Positions 60,015 to 64,000 of a stretch of 64,000 bases of DNA are shown here, piece by piece. This DNA is from Syntrophorhabdaceae bacterium (GTDB lineage: Bacteria; Desulfobacterota; Syntrophorhabdia; Syntrophorhabdales; Syntrophorhabdaceae). A program made the translations under genes and the position numbers. The stretch's first letter is position 1, and each line of letters opens with the position of its first letter. Below the pieces are notes generated by a model. It had not been told where the DNA came from and ran no database searches. It saw only the letters and a list, made by a program, of their open reading frames with translations. The stretch is taken from assembly GCA_963665295.1 (NCBI GenBank), contig OY762209.1, positions 1,504,001-1,568,000 on the forward strand. The letters are read 5' to 3'.

Positions 60015-60144
60015 GGCAAGAAGATACCATAGGCCGTGCTCTCCGTCAAAGCACGAGAGGCACTCAGCAGCAGCAGGAGGAGGAGGAGAGCGGGGCGGAG
60101 GGAAGGGAGGGACAATGGAGGGTTTTACGGAGTTTCACTTGGAC

Positions 60145-60282
60145 GGACGGCCGCACGGGGCGAATGCTCCATCTCCGCCGCTCTGCAAAGGTACGCGTGC
60201 TCTGCCGTACATCCAGTACGGCGACGCCCCACGAACCTTCACAGAGCAACGAATCTGAAGCATCCACCCCGTGCGGCCGTCC
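60145..60282. repeat. 138-nt imperfect palindrome (long hairpin element)
   Basis: Terminal arms GGACGGCCGCACGGGGcGaATGCT / AGCATcCaCCCCGTGCGGCCGTCC (22/24 match); inner GCTCTG/CAGAGC and AAGGT/ACCTT; apical GCCGTAC-ATCCA-GTACGGC. Confidence 0.8.
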
Positions 60283-60320
60283 ACTCGACCCCGGCATCTA
60301 TTAATTCATAAGAAGATAAA

Positions 60321-60419
60321 GGATGCCGGGAGAGAGAAGAGAAGGGAAGAGAAGAGAAGAGGAACATGACAACGGATACCGGGAGAGAGAAGAGAAGGGA
60401 GAGAGAAGAGGAACATGAC
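60321..60419 (+). repeat. Tandem purine-rich direct repeat (50 and 46 nt units)
   Basis: GGATrCCGGGAGAGAGAAGAGAAGGGA...GAGAAGAGGAACATGAC at 60321-60370 and 60374-60419. Confidence 0.8.
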
Positions 60420-60488
60420 GTGTATTTTCCTTGCAAAATGGTCGCAACAGAAGGAAAATAACAGGGGGAACAAAACCCAGGAGGTCAC

Positions 60489-61379
60489 ATGAGAGGCACG
60501 CTTCATATTATAGGCGGCGACTACGCAGGGAATAGTCTTGCAAAGTCCGGCATTCCGGGAGAAGTATTTGTGTGGCATGACATATTGTACGACGGCCCGC
60601 GGAATCCCGGCCGGCCTGACGACGCGACTCTCGAAGCCCGTGCGCAGTTTCTTGAGCAGGCGACCGGCGGGGGACTGAAAAGGGAGCATATCGTGGGCAC
60701 CCTGAAGGACCAGTACCGGAAACTGGCGGACGCGGCGGGCTACGAGCGAATTGTGCTCTGGTTTGACGCGTGCCTGTTCGACCAATCCATGCTTGTCCAT
60801 ATCCTTGCGTGCATGGCGCAACGGGACATCAGGAAGGCTGAGTTACTCTGCGTTGACGCGTTTCCCGGGATTGAACCTTATAATGGACTGGGCCAGCTTC
60901 AGCCATCCCAATTCGCTGGCGTGTACGCTCAGCGTCGCCCGGTCACGGACGCCCAGTTCCAATTTGCCAAGGTTGCCGATAAGGCGTTTGCCGATCAGGA
61001 TCTGCCGCTTTTGACCGAGTTGTCGCTGAGGGTTGATGCGCCCTTACCATGGGTTCCGGCTGCTGTGAAACGATGGCTTCAGGAACTGCCGGAACCTGTA
61101 ACCGGCCTGGGAAGGCTTGAGTATCTCGCCCTGGAAACTATTCGCGCCGGTTGCGAAAGGCCGGCTGAAATCCTCTCAGCCGTGGCGGCCCGGGATAAGC
61201 CCCCGCTTTTTTGGGGAGACACCACATTGTGGTCAAAGATCAACGCCCTGGCGGATCGAAACCCGCCGCTCGTCCGGATAGAGGGCCCGGCGGACCGGTT
61301 GCCCCAATGGGAAACTGATCTGGATTTGAAAAGTTTTCGTATCAAAAGCCTGCCGCATAAACCGAATGCGGACCATTAG
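60489..61379 (+). CDS. DUF1835 domain-containing protein
   Basis: LHII.GD.AG..L, W.DILYDGP, IVLWFDACLFDQ, GLGQL, LP...GL.RLE, WGDT; RBS AGGAGG. Confidence 0.75.
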   Translation: MRGTLHIIGGDYAGNSLAKSGIPGEVFVWHDILYDGPRNPGRPDDATLEARAQFLEQATGGGLKREHIVGTLKDQYRKLADAAGYERIVLWFDACLFDQSMLVHILACMAQRDIRKAELLCVDAFPGIEPYNGLGQLQPSQFAGVYAQRRPVTDAQFQFAKVADKAFADQDLPLLTELSLRVDAPLPWVPAAVKRWLQELPEPVTGLGRLEYLALETIRAGCERPAEILSAVAARDKPPLFWGDTTLWSKINALADRNPPLVRIEGPADRLPQWETDLDLKSFRIKSLPHKPNADH

Positions 61380-61598
61380 CAATAGCTCAACTGTTATATA
61401 ATATCGAGCCGACCGTGCAGCCAATTTTGGCTGCAAATAGATCCCCATAAAGACGGCATGGAGCAGTACGTTCCCAGCCAACTTAATGAACCGCCGTCTG
61501 CTCGCCGGATCCTTGACCTCTTCTCGTCCAATTTCCAATTGAACAAAATGTATTATTCTGTTCAATAGTGCGCTAATGATCAATGGATTTGTTTAATC

Positions 61599-62279
61599 TC
61601 ACCACTCAAGGCTGGCTTTCCCTCCTCTTGGGGCTCCCTCTATGTCACATCGGCCCGTGGATTTGCCACACTCAGGGCATTTTCGGACGCCACTATGAAT
61701 GCGCGTGCCGCTTACAATGAAAACCTTGCTGCAATGCGGGCATTTGAACGCGGCGGCGTTGCCGACCCAGTCTTCATCGTGGCCTAAGTTTTGTTGATTG
61801 AGTTCCCGTTTAGGCATCTTCACCCCCTCTGTTTCTCTTGAAAGTTCCTTTAACAATCTTTTTTTCCAGAAAAAGTGCTTATAAATGATAGTTCTTATTA
61901 AATAAATTATAATGAACCATTTACCGCAAACGCAGAAGCTTATCAGAGGTGCCCACAGACTTCCCTCATGGTATTCAGGTGCAAGAGTAATGAAGAGAAT
62001 AACGGTAAGCAATATCCAAAGGACGAACAGTGCTCTTATGGTGTTTTTATAGAACCGCTTACTTTCTTGTTTCCATCTCTGATCGGAGTTTGTAACATTG
62101 CGGTCATCATCTAACTGATACTGCTTAACTTCGTCTGAAAATAGCAGTTGGCATTTCTCATTTTTGCAATAATAGTATTCCCTACCTGTACTCAAACAGT
62201 TTGCACAAAAATATTTACCACAGGAATGGCAAATAGACATGGCATCTTCATCGGGATGAGTAGAGCATTTATCTTTCAT
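61599..62279 (-). CDS. Hypothetical: B-box-like Cys/His N-terminus + 2 TMs + C-terminal CxxC/CxxC zinc ribbon (possibly two fused ORFs; internal start at 61817)
   Basis: CSTHPDEDA..ICHSCGKYFCANC...YCK..KC; two hydrophobic helices; CPHC...CPEC; internal RBS GAGGGGGTG before ATG 61817. Confidence 0.6.
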   Translation of the reverse strand: MKDKCSTHPDEDAMSICHSCGKYFCANCLSTGREYYYCKNEKCQLLFSDEVKQYQLDDDRNVTNSDQRWKQESKRFYKNTIRALFVLWILLTVILFITLAPEYHEGSLWAPLISFCVCGKWFIIIYLIRTIIYKHFFWKKRLLKELSRETEGVKMPKRELNQQNLGHDEDWVGNAAAFKCPHCSKVFIVSGTRIHSGVRKCPECGKSTGRCDIEGAPRGGKASLEW

Positions 62280-63010
62280 CTTTTCTACTCTTGAGCATAA
62301 CAAATAATTCGAACAACATAAATAATGTTTCTAGCCTTTTCCAATTTTCGTATTGACCAAAATATAGTATTACTTTCAATACGAGAAAAGGCGGTGTGTT
62401 AACAGCAAAGGTTTGTGGGCCGCCTCCTAGCCCGGCATCGAACAAAATGCACAGCCGGAAAGCATTTCGGCGAATAAAGAATTGAAGGACATGTGCACAG
62501 CGACTGTAAGCGAACCATCCTGCTGCATTTGCCAGGTCGTGGACCTTTTGGCCGTAATATGTAATACCCTCGATGTGATCCCGACTATGCCGGGCGGGTG
62601 GGGAGGGGTATTCCCGGTGGCGAGCATACTGGTGGAAGGCCGGGGACCCATTCAATTGCGTTGACCGGCGGCGCGCCTTTTGCGACGCAATACGCCGGAT
62701 AGGAGGATCAGGCGGGACAAGACCGGCAGGGTTTGCGGACGACCCGCGTGCGGACTGCTGAATAACTTGCTGCGCACTGCGTATTGAGGGCGACGGAATT
62801 GATATATGGGTCGGCGTTCCACCGTCGGGGAGCGACCGGGAATGCCCCTCCCCACCCGCCTCACCTCCCAACGAACACGTCCAGGCATCGCTCGTCGATA
62901 GAAGAACCATCGGCAACGCCTCCCTGTCGGCTTCGAACCGGTCATTCATGTCCTGCTCCCACAAAGAATGACCCTGAGGCCCCTCCCTGCCGGCGGATTC
63001 ATTAATCACA

Positions 63011-63039
63011 TTGAAAGTTTGTGTCGATTGTTGTACTAT
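63011..63039 (+). promoter_or_regulatory. Putative sigma70 promoter of the S41 protease
   Basis: TTGAAA, 17 nt spacer, TACTAT; RBS AGGAGG downstream. Confidence 0.55.
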
Positions 63040-63067
63040 TATCAATGAATAATCAGGAGGATAGTTA

Positions 63068-64000
63068 ATGAGCAAAAAGATGAAGGTATTTTTGAGTATG
63101 GTGTTCTTGTGCATCTTTATTCTCGGGTTCATGCTCGGGGGAGGGGCCCAGGGGAGGAAAGTCCTCGGCGGCGGGGATGACAAGGAGATGTACGAGTATT
63201 TGAAGACCTTCTCCGACACCATTGACCTGGTGAAGAAGAACTATGTCGAGCCGGTGAAGGACAAGGACCTCATCTACTCTGCCATAAAAGGTATACTCGA
63301 GTCTCTCGACCCCCACTCTTCCTTTCTGCCTCCTGATATGTACAAGGATATGCAGACGGAAACAAAGGGTGAATTCGGCGGCATAGGGATCGAGATTACC
63401 GTGAAGGACGGTTTCCCTACCGTCATCACCCCCATCGAAGATACTCCCGCATACAAGGCAGGCCTCAAGGCGGGGGATCAGATCATCCGCATCGACAACA
63501 AGCCTTCGAAGGGCATGAGCATCATGGATGTAGTGAAGATCATTCGCGGCGCGAAAGGCAAGCCCGTGGTCCTTACTATCTGGAGAGAGGGTTTCCAGGC
63601 GCCGAAGGAATTTACCGTGGTGAGGGATGTAATCCAGGTGAAGAGCGTAAAGTACCGGATGCTGGATGACAACTATGGATACATCAGGATAGCCCAGTTC
63701 CAGGAAAAGACCTCGAAGGACCTCGATAACGCCTTCAAGGAACTGGAGAAGCAGGCCAAAGAAAAGGGCATGAAGGGACTGGTGCTCGACCTTAGAAACG
63801 ACCCGGGCGGACTCCTCGAACAGGCGGTGGAGGTTTCGGACCGGTTTATCGAAGACGGCCTTATTGTATATATCGAAGGAAGGAAAAAGGAAGACAGCAA
63901 AATGAAGTTCTATGCCCACAAGTCGAACACCGACTACAAGGGCCCTCTTGTAGTACTTGTGAACGAGGGCAGCGCGAGCGCGTCGGAAATCGTGGCGGGT
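63068..64000 (+). CDS. Carboxyl-terminal processing protease (S41A, PDZ), truncated by the window end
   Basis: Missing from the ORF track because there is no stop; manual translation MSKKMKVFL...LDPHSSF...GEFGGIGIEI...TPAYKAGLKAGD...LDLRNDPGGLL...VNEGSASASEIVAG. Confidence 0.93.
   Translation, partial: MSKKMKVFLSMVFLCIFILGFMLGGGAQGRKVLGGGDDKEMYEYLKTFSDTIDLVKKNYVEPVKDKDLIYSAIKGILESLDPHSSFLPPDMYKDMQTETKGEFGGIGIEITVKDGFPTVITPIEDTPAYKAGLKAGDQIIRIDNKPSKGMSIMDVVKIIRGAKGKPVVLTIWREGFQAPKEFTVVRDVIQVKSVKYRMLDDNYGYIRIAQFQEKTSKDLDNAFKELEKQAKEKGMKGLVLDLRNDPGGLLEQAVEVSDRFIEDGLIVYIEGRKKEDSKMKFYAHKSNTDYKGPLVVLVNEGSASASEIVAG

Noticed and set aside
60321..60419. Possible CRISPR array
   Set aside because: Only two low-complexity units separated by 3 nt; no spacers and no cas genes
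61416..61435. Palindrome TGCAGCCAA-TT-TTGGCTGCA
   Set aside because: Loop too short and no U-tract; cannot be assigned as a terminator or operator
62269..63222. 317-aa minus-strand ORF
   Set aside because: Overlaps the S41 protease start and promoter; no recognisable domain

Overview
Bacterial chromosomal window of roughly 55-60% GC. Gene content and the rsmG-parA-parB-atpF'FHAGDC layout suggest an anaerobic Desulfobacterota/deltaproteobacterium, possibly Syntrophorhabdus-like (inference). (1) 0.3-32.5 kb is a ~30 kb Wzx/Wzy-type surface-polysaccharide locus. It has an L,D-transpeptidase, Wza, an unusual Wzc/PCP with an extra TM and LysM-like tail, a BY-kinase homolog lacking the Walker A lysine, Wzy/ligase, five GT2/GT4s, Wzx, two GT-C membrane transferases, a polyprenyl-phosphate-pentose module (HAD, DUF362, UbiA-type phosphoribosyltransferase, GtrA), a GH9, an acyltransferase, three SAM methyltransferases, a B12 radical SAM, a priming transferase and a TPR protein, with an ops-like element in the leader. 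(2) 32.5-60 kb is mostly housekeeping (rmuC, DUF62, mtnA, gatB, trxA, rsmG, parAB, atp genes, B3/4, exeAB, EF-G2-like, dtd, mnmA). It also holds a second GH9 with five Ig-like repeats, a probable FmdB-family selenoprotein with a SECIS-like hairpin, and a single-ORF BamD-LptA fusion. (3) 60-63 kb is a mosaic with a long strand-asymmetric hairpin, purine-rich direct repeats, DUF1835 and an apparently chimeric zinc-finger ORF, followed by a truncated S41 protease. Top leads: the BamD-LptA fusion; DUF362 sitting where a DprE1/E2 epimerase would be expected in a lipid-linked pentofuranose pathway; and the Wzc-LysM/pseudokinase pair. All family calls come from reading motifs by eye; no searches were run.
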